Of a stretch of DNA of 64,000 nucleotides, positions 24,795 to 37,685 are shown one piece after another. Within the stretch, counting starts at the first letter, position 1. Every line of letters starts with the position of its first letter. Below the pieces are notes generated by a model. That model worked only from the letters and a program-made list of their open reading frames with translations. It was not told where the DNA came from and did no database searches. Made by a program: the position numbers and the translations under genes. The DNA comes from Eledone cirrhosa (lineage: Eukaryota): the NCBI GenBank assembly GCA_964016885.1, contig OZ024742.1, forward strand, positions 4,712,001 through 4,776,000. Direction: 5' to 3'.

Positions 24795-26140
24795 AAACGG
24801 AAAAGATGTAACGAAATTTCATTTATCACTCTTAGTACAGCTGTTACTTAAATATAAGTATGTACACGTACATACATATATGTATACAGACGTACAGTAG
24901 TATGTATATATATATATACATACATGCACACATATATACATGTACGTATGGATTCACCGAACATTCACTACAATTCTCGGTGTGTTTGTAGACAAACATC
25001 CCGAATTAAGCATTACAGTGGCTAGCAACCATCGTTGCTCATTTGTTCAACACTGACAAAGGAACGCTGTACTAGCCTCAAGCTTGTTAGCTATCGTCAG
25101 CAACGTATACCTTCCTGCCAGATGGTTGAACGTCTGAAAGTATATACTTTCCTTCTGCATATTAACGGCCGAGCAGCCCAATTTGCATATCAAGTGAGTT
25201 AATCGGCCGGAGTACCGAAAACGATAAACGGAAAAAAATGAAACGAAATTTCATTTCTCACTCTTAGTACGGTGTTACTTAAATATAAGTATGTACACGT
25301 ACATACATATATGTATACAGACGTACAGTAGTATGTATATATATATATATATATATATACATACATGCACACATATATATATGTACGTATGGATTCACCG
25401 AACATTCACTACAATGCTCGGTGTGTTTGTAAACAAACATCCCGAATTAAGCCGTACAGTGTCTAGCAACCATCGTTGCTCATTTGTTCAACACTGACAA
25501 AGGAACGCTGTGTTGAACAAATGAGCAACGATGGTTGCTAGACACTGTACGGCTTAATTCGGGATGTTTGTTTACAAACACACCGAGCATTATGATAAAT
25601 GTTCGGTGAATCCATACGTACATATATATATGTGTGTGCATGTATGTATATATATATACATACTACTGTACGTCTGTATACATATATGTATGTACGTGTA
25701 CATACTTATATTTAAGTAACACCGTACTAAGAGTGAGAAATGAAATTTCGTTTCATTTTTTTCCGTTTATCGTTTTCGGTACTCCGGCCGATTAACTCAC
25801 TTGATATGCAAATTGGGCTGCTCGGCCGTTAATATGCAGAAGGAAAGTATATACTTTCAGACGTTCAACCATCTGGCAGGAAGGTATACGTTGCTGACGA
25901 TAGCTAATAAGCTTGAGGCTAGTACAGCTTCCTTTGTCAGTGTTGAACAAATGAGCAACGATGGTTGCTAGACACTGTAATGCTTAATTCGGGATGTTTG
26001 TTTACAAACACACCGAGCATTGTAGTGAATGTTCGGTGGATCCATACGTACATATATATATATGTGTGCATGTATGTATATATATATACATACTACTGTA
26101 CGTCTGTATACATATATGTATGTACGTGTACATACTTATA
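24795..26140. repeat. ~430-bp tandem unit folded into a ~1.29-kb inverted repeat (arms 24853-25494 and 25510-26140, 15-nt spacer)
   Basis: Units start at 24795 and 25225. The sequence after 25510 is the reverse complement of the sequence before 25494. Confidence 0.92.
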
Positions 26141-26291
26141 TATATATATATTACACTACTATATATATATATATTACACTACTATATATATATATATATT
26201 ACACTACTCTGGAGTAACCAAACCAACCTGCGCACTTCGTTGAGTGCTCCAGCCTGCACACTGAGGTGTTGGTATACAACCAACATAAACT

Positions 26292-26362
<71 letters not shown>

Positions 26363-27138
26363 TACATACACTAACATATATATACACACACATATACATA
26401 TATAAATATGTGGTATGTATTTATCTGACCTACCCCTTCTCTTGCCCCTCCTCGCACCTTCAGGTTGATAGACGACCCCTGGTGACGTCTTTGACAAGCA
26501 CTCGTCATCCTGATTTGTTTTAGGCAGTTCTAGGCAGGTGGTGTCCTGTCTGATTTCGTTGCATACACACTTGCTATTTATGTCTCCAGTCCACTCCCCT
26601 CGGTGTGTCTGTAGTTATATATCTGTGTCAACTTGCATGCTTATTCATATGTGTATACGTGTGTGTATTCATGCATATGTGTATGTGTTTAGACGCCTTA
26701 GCATATGTGTGTATATGTGTATTGGTTTATATATCTTAGTGAATGTGTGTATTCAAGTTTTTATTGGTTTATATGTATTAGTAAATATGTGTTTGTTGGT
26801 ATAAATATATAAGGTGATTGATCTGAAAGAGTTATTAGAGCGTTGTATATTTGTTCTAGGTCTCTGAGTTCAATTCTTCCCAGATCTACTTTGCCTTTTA
26901 TAATTTTAAGATCGATAAAGAAAGAAGCATCTCAGTGATGGCGATGCACCCCCCCCCCCCTCCACCACCACCACACCCTCAATATTCCGCTGAATCAAGA
27001 TGGAGAAGATGTGTCTGGTTGCCACTGAATCAGAGCTTAAAACTATTAACAAAAAGTGTCATACATTCTACCAAGTCGTACTCAATTGTTAGTGACGGCT
27101 GCAATTGTTATATATTAAATATATAAGTGTATACATAA

Positions 27139-27173
<35 letters not shown>

Positions 27174-27284
27174 TGTGTGTGTGTATTGGCTTAGATATAC
27201 ATGTGAATATACGAGTGTGTGTTGGGTGAAATATATTTATAAATATGTGCGTATTCGTGTGTCTGTGTCTGTGTTTGCGTGTGT

Positions 27285-27950
27285 GCGTCAGCTTATATTC
27301 TCGAGTATTTGTGTGTAAATTTAAATATCTTACTAAATGTGTGTGTGTCTGTGTGTGTGTCGGCTTATACACCTGAGTATTCGTGTGTGTTGATTTAAAT
27401 ATCTTACTAAATATGTGTGTGTGTGTGTTGTTGTGTGTGTCAGCTTATATATGTGAGTATTTGTGTGTGTACATTTAAATATCTTACTAAATATATATGT
27501 GTGTGTTGGTGTGTGTGTCAGCTTATATATCTGAGTATTCGTGTGTGTAGATTTAAATATCTTACTAAATATGTGTGTTGGTGTGTGTGTCAGCTTATAT
27601 ATCTGAGTATTCGTGTGTGTAGATTTAAATATCTTACAAAATATGTGCGTGTGTGTGTGTTGGTGTGTTGGTGTGTTAGTGTGTGTATGTCAGCTTATAT
27701 ATCTGAGTATTCGTGTGTGTAGATTTAAATATCTTACTAAATATGTGTGTGTGTGTGTGTTGGTGTGTGTGTCAGCTTATATATCTGAGTATTCGTGTGT
27801 GTAGATTTAAATATCTTACAAAATATGTGCGTGTGTGTGTGTTGGTGTGTGTGCGTGTGTGTTAGTGTGTGTATGTCAGCTTATATATCTGAGTATTCGT
27901 GTGTGTAGATCTTACTGAATATGTGGTTTAAATATCTTAGTAAATATGTG
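27285..27950. repeat. Minisatellite, ~8 units: conserved ~55-bp core plus a variable (GT)n linker
   Basis: GTCAGCTTATATATCTGAGTATTCGTGTGTGTAGATTTAAATATCTTACTAAATAT recurs near 27289, 27361, 27441, 27519, 27591, 27691, 27773 and 27877. Confidence 0.9.
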
Positions 27951-28649
27951 AACTTTTGTGTGTTTGTTGATTTAAATGTTTTAGTAAAAACCTAAAGCAA
28001 ATTGTCTGATTATTCCACCGTGAATTTTTAATGGAGATGGAAGCAATTTTAGCAATATATCCTTTCTATTTCTTTCTCTTCTTTATACCATTCTGTTCTG
28101 CTCTAGATTCCATTCTCTTCCATTTCATTCCGTTCCTTTCTGGAAATAAATGTTGCGAATTTTTGCTTTTAGAAGAGTCTAAGTTATTCTTTCTTATACA
28201 CCAACTCCTAACGGTATACTCTTCTTCTAAACTATCGATACATTAGATCAAAATAGAAGTTAATTTGTTTTCTAGCATTGGGGAATAAAGCACGTATTTT
28301 TCTACACTTTATCGTCGCAATATCCTTAGGGCTTTCTCATGAACATATATTTAGAATAAAACTCTAAGGTAGTCAAAGTACGAAAAGTAATAAATTTCAT
28401 CCTTTCTGGCTTTGTATGAGGTGATGTTAATGGTTTAGAATGCAAATGGACCAGATGTATAAATACTCGTTTCGAAAGGTTCGATTAAAATGTAGCTATT
28501 TCAAAGTTAATTGTTAACTTAACATACCAACCATTGTTTCCTGGAAACATGATTTTATAAAGTAAAAATATAGATTTATTTCGAGTCCACTGCAACGTTC
28601 TTCAGATAATGGTGCAATTTAACGTGACGTATAAATATGTGTGTATATT

Positions 28650-28702
<53 letters not shown>

Positions 28703-28793
28703 ATGTGTGTGTGTGTGGTGTTCGTATGCGTGTGCTTATGGTTGAACATTTATGTATGTGAGAGATATTTATATATACAGTATATACGTATAT

Positions 28794-28980
28794 AATTGTT
28801 TCTACTTTTGGCACAAGGCCAGCAATTATCCAGTTCATTACTGGTACTTTATTTTATCGACCCGGTAAGGATGAAATGCAAAGTTAACCTCGACTGGATT
28901 TGAACTCAGACCGTAAAGGGATGTAACTATGCTGGAAGGCATGGCGTCCGACCGTCTACCGATACTGCCAATTCACCGCC
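28794..28980 (-). mobile_element. tRNA-derived SINE
   Basis: Near-collinear with 616-803. Confidence 0.85.
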
Positions 28981-29280
28981 CTATATATACGTATATAATA
29001 CATCAATATTTGCCGGTCAGCTCGTCGGTGAAAGGAACAGATTTGTCTCAAGGGAATATATATATATATATATAATATGTTTGCATATATATATAGAGAG
29101 ATATATATAGATATATATATATATACACACACACACAATATGGTTGCATGTATATACCGCCGTCACCCGGACTGGCAACTGCTGGCTCTGGCCGCCTTCG
29201 GGTCTTAAACATATCTCTCTACTTTTCAGCCCCTTGGATTGTGTCTACCATTATTATTATTATTATTATATATATATATA

Positions 29281-29965
29281 TTGTTATACTTGGGGAGGGT
29301 CATATTTGTGTAATATTGCCAGAATTAATAACAGAACACACTCACTGTTTGGTTGGTTTTCGCTTCTCGCTTCTGTGTCTTTTATATCGGTAATCTAACT
29401 TACAACAACACCCAAACAAACAACACTGACCTAAGAGAAGTATAAATAAGTAAATAAAATAAAATAAATAAATAAATAAATAAATAAATAAATACATACA
29501 CAAACACAATAACAACAAGCACATAAACACACACTAGTCACCCATCACACAGCAAACAAAACACTATACACACACGCATGCGCAAAGAAGACAAAATAAA
29601 ATAAACAAACAAGCAAATAAATAAATAAATATATAGACAGACTGAATAAAGATGGCGTAGACATATAATACAACAGGAGGAAACGATAACACCACTGATG
29701 ATGTTGCAGATGTGCAACGAAAGATTTATGATAAACTATATATATGTGTTTGTGTCTATATTGTATCTGTATTATTTTTGACCGCCGGTCAGTCAATGGC
29801 AACATTGAGGAAGTTAGATTACCGATATAAAAGACACAGAAGCGAGAAGCGAAAACCAACCAAACAGTGAATGTGTTCTGTTATTAATTCTGGCAATATT
29901 ACACACATATGACCCTCCCCAAGTATAACAATATTTGTTTCGACACACGATTTCATATAAAAAAA
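29281..29965 (+). mobile_element. PLE terminal repeat of a related subfamily with a 5' inverted segment
   Basis: 29281-29399 is the reverse complement of 29813-29931. 29400-29960 is a diverged reverse-complement homologue of 30020-30420. Confidence 0.75.
29691..29732 (+). ncRNA. Minimal hammerhead motif
   Basis: acca-CTGATGA-t-gttgca-gatg-tgcaac-GAAA-gatt-TA-tgat. Stem II covaries with the 30171-30213 copy. Confidence 0.65.
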
Positions 29966-29973
29966 CCTCGCAA

Positions 29974-30019
<46 letters not shown>

Positions 30020-30026
<7 letters not shown>

Positions 30027-31135
30027 TACTTTGGGAGGGTCATGTTGCCAATAAGAAACACACGCACCAGTTGCTTTCACTTCAATTTATTATAATAAAT
30101 TTATAATAAATTTATAAATTTATAAATTTCTGGTTGGTTGGTTCCACAACCAGATAGTTGTTTATATATTGTCATAGTTCTTTCGTCACACACTATGTGA
30201 CCTCTTCAGTGACTGGGGATTCCTTTCTTTGTTTCTGTGCCTCTCCTTTGTTCTGTCCTACGCCATTTTGTTTCTGTGTGTGTGTTGTGTGCTCAGTCTG
30301 CGCATGCGCCACATCCGGGTGTCTGTGTGTGTTTATGTTCATTTATTTATTTGTTTATTTACATGTTACTGGTTGGTTGTTTGTTCTATGTGTGTGTGTG
30401 TTTTCATTTTGTCCTTAATTGTAAGTTGTGATGTTGCTGTTCCACTCATATTTTCTATTTAATTTTGGTTGTAATTCTTTTATGTTTATTGCCTCTGTAA
30501 TTTGTCTAAACATTGCGTCTTTTCTGTGTGTAGATTCTATTTTTATTTCTATGTTCTCTAATTTACCCTTGTGTTCTATTTTAGCATCTTGGTAGAGTAC
30601 AGATGATTCTTTACTATCTTGAAGGTCTCGCCAGTGTTCATTTATCCGTTCCCCTACACTACGAGCTGTCTCACCTATGTACACTATATTTTTGTCTCTA
30701 CATTGTCCTTCAGTACATCTTATGCTATACACTACATTTCTAGTTTTACAGTTAATATGGGGGCTTATTTTACAGGTTATACATTTCTTATCTATACATG
30801 AGGGTTTTTGAAAAGGGTATGTCTTGCTAATAAGTGTTTTTACGGAGGTACCTGGTCTTTCTACTATCTTAATATTGAGTTTATGTTTATTTGGGGCCCT
30901 TCTAAATTTGTAAGCTAATTCACCTCTAGGGGTTGTATCGATGAACATTACACTCTGGTATTTATTGCTATCATACCATGAGTTTATTCTATTAGCCTTG
31001 TTCCTAGTTCTTTCTATTCTATTCCAAAATTTGCTCCTATACAAGGGGCAGGTCCCATTTATGTCATTATTTACCATTTTTTCCCATTTGGTTCTGGCTC
31101 CTCTATACACTCTGATTTTCTCTCTCTGATTGCGA
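30020..31135 (-). mobile_element. 5'-truncated Penelope-like element (linker, GIY-YIG and 3' terminal repeat)
   Basis: ORF 30415-31110 reads CIDKKCITC...CKTRNVVYSIRC...YIGETARSVGERINEH...RQITEAINI...LNRKYEW. Confidence 0.9.
30171..30213 (-). ncRNA. Minimal hammerhead motif in the PLE 3' terminal repeat
   Basis: gtca-CTGAAGA-g-gtcaca-tagtg-tgtgac-GAAA-gaac-TA-tgac. Confidence 0.7.
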
Positions 31136-31209
31136 CATTCAAGAATGTAAATATGATTAGTTGTCTGTCAGAAATAGAAAAATCATTTACAAAACTACGC
31201 TGGAGCCTC

Positions 31210-31520
31210 AAAAACAAAAACAAAAACAAAAGCAACAATATACTGACACACATATACAACACGCATCCCAACAACAACAGACACACAGACACAAACAACA
31301 ATAATAACAACACACACACTAACAACAATAATAACATACCCAGAAACAACAACAACAGACACGCAGACACAAACAACAATAACAACACACACAACAATAA
31401 TAACACATACGGAGACAACAACACACATCAACAACAGCACACATCAACAACAACAACACACACACATTCAATACCTCTCACCACCACCACAATCTTAACG
31501 AACACACAGACACACAAAAT
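31210..31520. repeat. (AAC)/(AC)-rich low-complexity tract
   Basis: Direct observation. It gives the poly-N ORF. Confidence 0.85.
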
Positions 31521-31594
31521 AGGGTAGATAACAACAATGAGCCAGTGGAAAGAGACAGGAGTAATTATGAGAGACATAGAAAGAACCATGAGGC

Positions 31595-33681
31595 CCTACA
31601 AGGAGGTGTATATAGGGACGACGCCCTGTTTACCGTTAGGAACCATAGCCCCCGTAGGATAGAGAACCTTAACAAACATATACACAGGTTCTTTAAGTCA
31701 TACGGCCTATCCGTAACTATGGACCTCAACCACAGGGTTGTCAACTTCCTGGACGTGACCCTGGAGTTGAGTACGGGCTTATACAAGCCATACCATAAGC
31801 CTGGAGAGTGCCTCTCTTATATTAATTATGCCTCCAACCACCCTAAGCAGACTCTCAACTCCATAGTCTATAGTATCTCACATATAATCTCGAGGCTATC
31901 CGCCAATGAGGATATCTTCAACCAAGCGGCTGATTACTACAATAGGGCTCTGATAAGCGCCGGCTTTAACCGAGGAATTTCCTACATCCCTAACGCTAGC
32001 TCTAGAAACCACCCCCTCATAAAACTAACGTTATAGTAAGCCATACCTATAACCGATCACGCGGCGACCTCGTTGAAGTCGGATATAATAGAATAGATAA
32101 CCGCACCAAAGATCACCTCCCCGGCGACGGTGAATACTGTAGATTACTCAAACTATTCCCCTATTACAAAACCAACAAAGGCGACGGCCTACTACCAACG
32201 CCTTCCAACCAACATCTTCGTGTACATAAACATGGAAGAGGTAGAAAGAGTGCACCCGAGCATAAAGTGAAAGGGGCACCGAACGGGCGACTGCGCATTA
32301 ACACACATAAGAGCGGGCACTTAGATGGAACCACCCGTAGCAAAAGTACAAGGACACGTAATCGCCACCGTAACGTCCTATGGTTCCCCCCCCCCTACTC
32401 TCGGAGTGTGGCCTCCAACATACCGCGGATATTCTTCGAAGCCTTAGAGAAGAACTTCCCGCCCAACCATAGGTATAGAAAAATTCTTAATAGGAAAAAT
32501 ATAAAAATATCCTTCTCTACTACTCCTAACCTAGCAGACATCATAGGAACAACGAACCACAGTAAGATCACCAAGACACAGCACCTCGACACAGACGCAC
32601 CTACACCTGACAATAACTATATCGGCCTTAACAACTCCCTGGCAGCATCCAATAGTGTTGGCAACGGCATCCGCAGACGCAACCAGAATGACCGCGAAGT
32701 GACTGGGGAACATGCAGAACATGACGTGCGGAATAACAATCGCACCATCCCGCGTGCTGTGGGTTGTAATTGTGCTAACGACAGCTGCGGTAGCGTAGGT
32801 AACAACGTAGGCAGCAACAATGATAGCCTTACCGTGGGAAATAGACGGAACCGCGACAGAAATTGCAACTGCCGCGACAGAGGACGCTGCCCCCTTAGAG
32901 GATACTGCTTGACTGATAGGGTTATATATAGATGCACTATTACTAGCCACAATAGCGTTAAACATTATATAGGGGCCACCTCCGGCCCGTTCAAAATTAG
33001 GTTTCGAACACATCTCCACTCTTTCACAAATAGAAAACTAAGGCACTCCACTTCGCTCGCGGACTACATCACATCACTAAAGGACTCAAACATCAGCTTC
33101 TCCACGCACTGGGAGATTGTCGGCAGGGCTGTACCGTACAACTTCAAGAGGAAATGCGATCTTTGCCTCATGGAGCTCTACCACATCATAACTGCACCCC
33201 ACGAGCTCATCAACAGCAGAGCTGAAACAGCGATAAGTTGTACACATCGCTTAAAAATATCCTTCTTTAGATGGGTTAAGGATGAAGAGTGAAATAGTAC
33301 ACTGGATCTCCCTGCAACAAGTCTTAACACCCCGGCGGGCAGGCGCTGCAAAATAACACCCAGAAAACAATCCTTGCATACCAGACCCAGCCTCAGACAA
33401 ACGGATGCGGCAAAAAAAAAAAAAAAAAAAAATTATCCGGGAAAGACTGCCTTCACACCGGCCAGAGTTACCTCCCTTGACCTGCTGCAAAATCAAAACA
33501 AGATATTTTTGCGAGCAATGAATCTTGATGTAGATTTAACCCCCAAAACTCTTTCCGAACTATATATGGAACACTTGTGATTATTTATGCCCTTGAGAAG
33601 CCCAACTGGGCGAAACGTACGTAGGTGATATTTAAAATAAACATGTTTTAACGGTCTATTCTCCGATTTTTACTTTCCCAC

Positions 33682-33683
<2 letters not shown>
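31595..33683 (+). mobile_element. 5'-truncated Penelope-like element (RT C-terminal half, GIY-YIG and 3' UTR)
   Basis: GVYRDDAL, VNFLDVTL, YKPYHKP, YINYASNHP; then RNVLWFPPPYS, CNCRDRGRCPLRGYCL, VIYRC...YIGAT...FKIRFRTH and CDLCLME. Ends at (TA)n. Confidence 0.9.
33589..33628 (+). ncRNA. Minimal hammerhead, U3-A8 variant
   Basis: cc-TTGAGAA-gccc-aact-gggc-GAAAC-gtac-GTA-gg, with palindromic ACGTACGT and AATAAA just downstream. Confidence 0.7.
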
Positions 33684-33738
<55 letters not shown>

Positions 33739-33802
33739 TATATATATATATAATACATATATAAAATATAAGATCAAAAGATGGTTAAAAGAGTTCCAAG
33801 TA

Positions 33803-33869
33803 TTTTATTATGCGCATTTCAAAAACAAATATCATCATGGGGTGATATCTGCGTTCTCATCAGATAAAA
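33803..33869 (-). ncRNA. Minimal hammerhead with a canonical core
   Basis: ttttat-CTGATGA-[gcagatatca...tgatatttgt stem II]-GAAA-tgcgca-TA-ataaaa, with a 6-bp stem I and palindromic ATGCGCAT. Confidence 0.75.
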
Positions 33870-34743
33870 TAAGGATACGTGATATGAAGCTTAAACACTT
33901 GTGAATAGTGAAGTTTTAAATCAACATATGAAAAATAAATTAAGATTGATGTATGAGATTGGGAAAAAGTGAGGGGGGGGGGGTGGAAAAGGTAAGGAAG
34001 AGGAAGAGATGAGAGTAAAGAATGGTAGGGGAGGAGTATAAGAAGGAAGGATGAGAGAGGAGGAGAGATGGGTGATAGAGAGAGAGAGATAGCCTTTACA
34101 ACTGAGAAAAAGTATATATTGTATCACAGAGAGAAATTAAAACGCCGTTGGAAGATAATAGATAATTTAAAAGAATTTGAAATTAAAAGTTAATGAGGTT
34201 TATGCATGAAGAGAAAAAGGAATTAAGAATAATATTAAATTAAGGTTTGTATATTGAAGGGTTTAATAATATGTGCGAGGAAAAGAATTTATTAATATGT
34301 ATTATTAAAATAAAAATATTAATGTTATCGAGGATATAATGTGAAAAGAAGGAGAAGAATGAATAAGTTATGAATTTGGAGGAATTAGTTAGGGTTTAAG
34401 TTTGTTTTTATGTAATGTAATATGTGTACGTAAATAGCTTGTTTAAAATAAGCGCAGAAGGCAAAGAAGAAAAGAATGTTTAAGGAAGAAAATATCTAAC
34501 ATCAAAAAACATATATGTATACGAAATATTTTCTAATGGTAATAATATAATATATTAAAAGAAATTAGTTAGAGTTTAAGTTTGTTTTTATGTATTGTAA
34601 TATGTAAAAGTCAAATTAAGTATTAGTTTAAAACGAGCATGAAAGGATGGATGAGATAAGAGAAATATAAGGAAGAAAAAATCTAACGTCAAAAAAATTC
34701 TATGTTTACGATATTTATTGTTACAATAAAACTCACCTCCTAC

Positions 34744-34805
<62 letters not shown>

Positions 34806-34927
34806 GTATGTGTGTGAATTGGTATGTGTATGTATATATATATCCATATATAAATTATATTCAATTCGGATATATTTGCATACCACATCTAATGTATTCC
34901 TTACATTCATGTAGGAAATTCCCCGTT

Positions 34928-35293
34928 ACACACACAGAGACACATACACGCATTCACACACACCCGACACACACACATACACGCACACAGACAGACACAC
35001 ACACACACACACACACGCACGCACCCACCCACACACTCAAACACACACACATACAAACACACACACAAACACACAAACACACAAACACACAAACACACAC
35101 ACACACAAACTCATACACACACAAACACAAACACAAACACACACACTCACACACATAAACACAAACACACACACACACAAACACAAACACACACACACAC
35201 ACACACAAACACACAAACACACAAACACACACACACAAACTCATACACACACACAAACACAAACACACACACTCACACACACCCATACAAAGA

Positions 35294-35344
<51 letters not shown>

Positions 35345-35345
35345 G
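34928..35345. repeat. Compound (CA)n/(CAAA) microsatellite
   Basis: Direct observation. Confidence 0.95.
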
Positions 35346-35847
35346 CTCGTGTATACACATATACTGGTATTGGCTATTTGTTTATTGATGTGTATGTTTG
35401 GAAACGTGTGTGTCGTTCTGTGTGGTTTTCTCACCTCGCTGTAAGTCCTCAATTGTATCGTTTATTCATTTAATGTATTTATTTATATTTAACTGTAGAA
35501 TTTCCGTTTTGTACTTTTTACTATATCCTGAGTTGCTGTTTGTATTTCTTGTTCAATCAATGTCTTCCGGATTCTGTCGAAAAATGTTTTGCTTGTTTGC
35601 TTTTAACTGCTTTATATTGCAGATTTATGTTTATATACAGAGATGTTCTATCAGACATTTTGTATTAACACAACTATATTCTAGTTTCATTTTTTTTATT
35701 AAAGAATTTTTGTTATCGTATGAGTTTCTTGTCGTTTGTTTGGAACAGTACATTTCACCGTCTTATTTACCTTAGTTCTTAGACTTTTCTACTTATAATT
35801 TTCATATATAATGTTCAATATATATTATTGTTGTGTATTTTATTAAT

Positions 35848-36150
35848 AATTGTTTCTACAAGGCCATCAATTACCCAGTGCATTACTGGTGCTTCATTTT
35901 ATCGACCCCGTAAGGATGAAAGGCAAAGTTACCCTCGGTTGGATTTGAACTCAGAGCATAAAGGGCCGTAACTCTTTGCTGCAAATAATGGCGGTGAATT
36001 GGCAGAGTCGTTAGAACGTCGGATAGACTGCTTTGCGTTATTTGTTGCGGTTCTCTGCTCTCTGATTTCAAATCCCGCCGAGATCAACCTTGCCTTTCAC
36101 CCTTTCGAGGTCTATAAAAAAAAGTACAAATCTAGTACTGGGGTCAATTC
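35848..36150. mobile_element. Two head-to-head SINE copies (minus ~35848-35990, plus ~35990-36150)
   Basis: Family motifs are present in both orientations. Confidence 0.75.
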
Positions 36151-36322
36151 TTTCTCTATATCTCTTTCTCACTTACTATTCTTCTCTGAAAGAAATCTCC
36201 AGTATTCAAACCTGAGAAAACAACACCAAACTTCAGCACTGAACATATAAAAATAATCGAAATAAAAGAAGTAAGCTTTATTCCATCGTTAGGTCTTTTT
36301 TCTTTTTTTTCTGTAAATTCTA

Positions 36323-36381
36323 GCTGTCTGATGAGGTCATAGCTGTTGCATAATGGCTATCAGCGAAATATACATAACAGC
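36323..36381 (+). ncRNA. Minimal hammerhead with a canonical core
   Basis: gctgt-CTGATGA-ggtc-atagctgtt-gcat-aatggctat-cagc-GAAA-tataca-TA-acagc, with a 5-bp stem I and AATAAA downstream. Confidence 0.75.
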
Positions 36382-36476
36382 GAATTTGAATAAACCATGT
36401 TAATTTAACCTGTTGATTTACACTCCTTGTTTATATATATATAGTCTTATTAATTTCACGCTTAGGAAGAAGTATA

Positions 36477-36511
<35 letters not shown>

Positions 36512-36619
36512 TCTTCTGGTTTTATAATTTCACAAAGTTTTACCAATAGATAGAGTGTCGGTTTCTAACATAGACACAAGGCTCTCTCATTGGAATTTAC
36601 ACATCAACTAGGTAGATAT

Positions 36620-37638
36620 GTATGTATGCACGTGTAGATATGGATGTTATTGTATGTGTGGATGTGGATGTTTTGAGTTGTATATGTGCATGTGTATATC
36701 CTTTGCAACTGTACATGTGTATATGCAGTTATTAGATGCAAAATTTTTGGAATGTTTTACATATTTTTTTTACTGTTCCATTAATGGATTGTACTTGTAA
36801 TTTCCTAACTAGTTGTGTTCTTTCTGTTCCTGTGAAGCCTAGCTTCTCAAGATTTGTATTGAGGCAGTTACTAACATACCCTAGTGCCCCAATAATCACA
36901 GGCATAAATCTGAAGGTATAATCAGGGTGGAGTATCTGCAGATTTCTCATCAGTTCTGCATAAATATTCTCCTTTTCACTAATCTTTGACACTATATTGG
37001 CATCTGCAGGGCAGCTAATTTCCACTACTGTGCATGCTTTCTTCTCCCTGTCCCATATCATAATATCTGGTCTGTTATGCCTGCATTTTATTGGGGTTTT
37101 TACTGGAACATTCCACCAGTACTCTTTCATATTATGTACATGGATGTCTTCCACATTGCTCTAGCTTTTAAATTATTGGAGCTATCTTTTTTACTAACTA
37201 CATTGTACAGTGTTTTGGCCACTACATCATGCCTCATAGGTAGATAGATGGATTCACTGCGATACTGCTGAGCGACTTCCCTGGGTGTGAGTTTGTGATT
37301 ATCACACAGGCAATATCTTTCAAAAAGTTCCTTCCCAACTCTCATGATCTTATCTATCTCATGCAGATAGACTTGCTCGAGAAACGGGCTCCTACGCGTC
37401 GAGGTTCGTAGATGTAGTCGGAGAGATATGATGCGACATTCAAATGTTGTCTGGACTGATGTTAGGCCGCTGCCTCCTTGCTTACGTTTCAAGTCAAGGC
37501 GGTCTATGTCACTGTTGATGTGGAAGTTCCTGGTGTTGTTTAGTGTTTTTCGAGTTCCAACATCAACGGCTCGGATTTCGTCTATCGTTCAATTGAGTAT
37601 TCCAAACGTTGGTGTTAGGACAGGCACAGCAAACACAT
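36620..37638 (-). mobile_element. RLE-type non-LTR retrotransposon 3' fragment (R4/Dong-like), family A, internally deleted
   Basis: AVPVLTPTFGILN...DIDRL...KRKQGGSGL (post-RT); YLPMRHD; YWWNVPVKT...HNRPDIMIWD...VVEISCPAD...KENIY...VIIGALG (PD-(D/E)xK RLE). Confidence 0.85.
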
Positions 37639-37685
37639 TGTATGTATGTATGTATGTATGTATGTATGTATGTATGTATGTATGT

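Noticed and set aside
25890-25940. CTGACGA-tagct-aata-agct in the palindrome unit as a hammerhead
   Set aside because: No GAAA follows stem II and no stem I/III can be built.
23915-26290. Further hammerhead-like remnants at ~23915-23960, ~24590-24630 and ~26258-26290
   Set aside because: Each has two or more core mismatches and cannot be distinguished from chance by eye.
27285-27950. CRISPR-like repeat-spacer array
   Set aside because: The spacers are only variable (GT)n microsatellite and carry no unique sequence.
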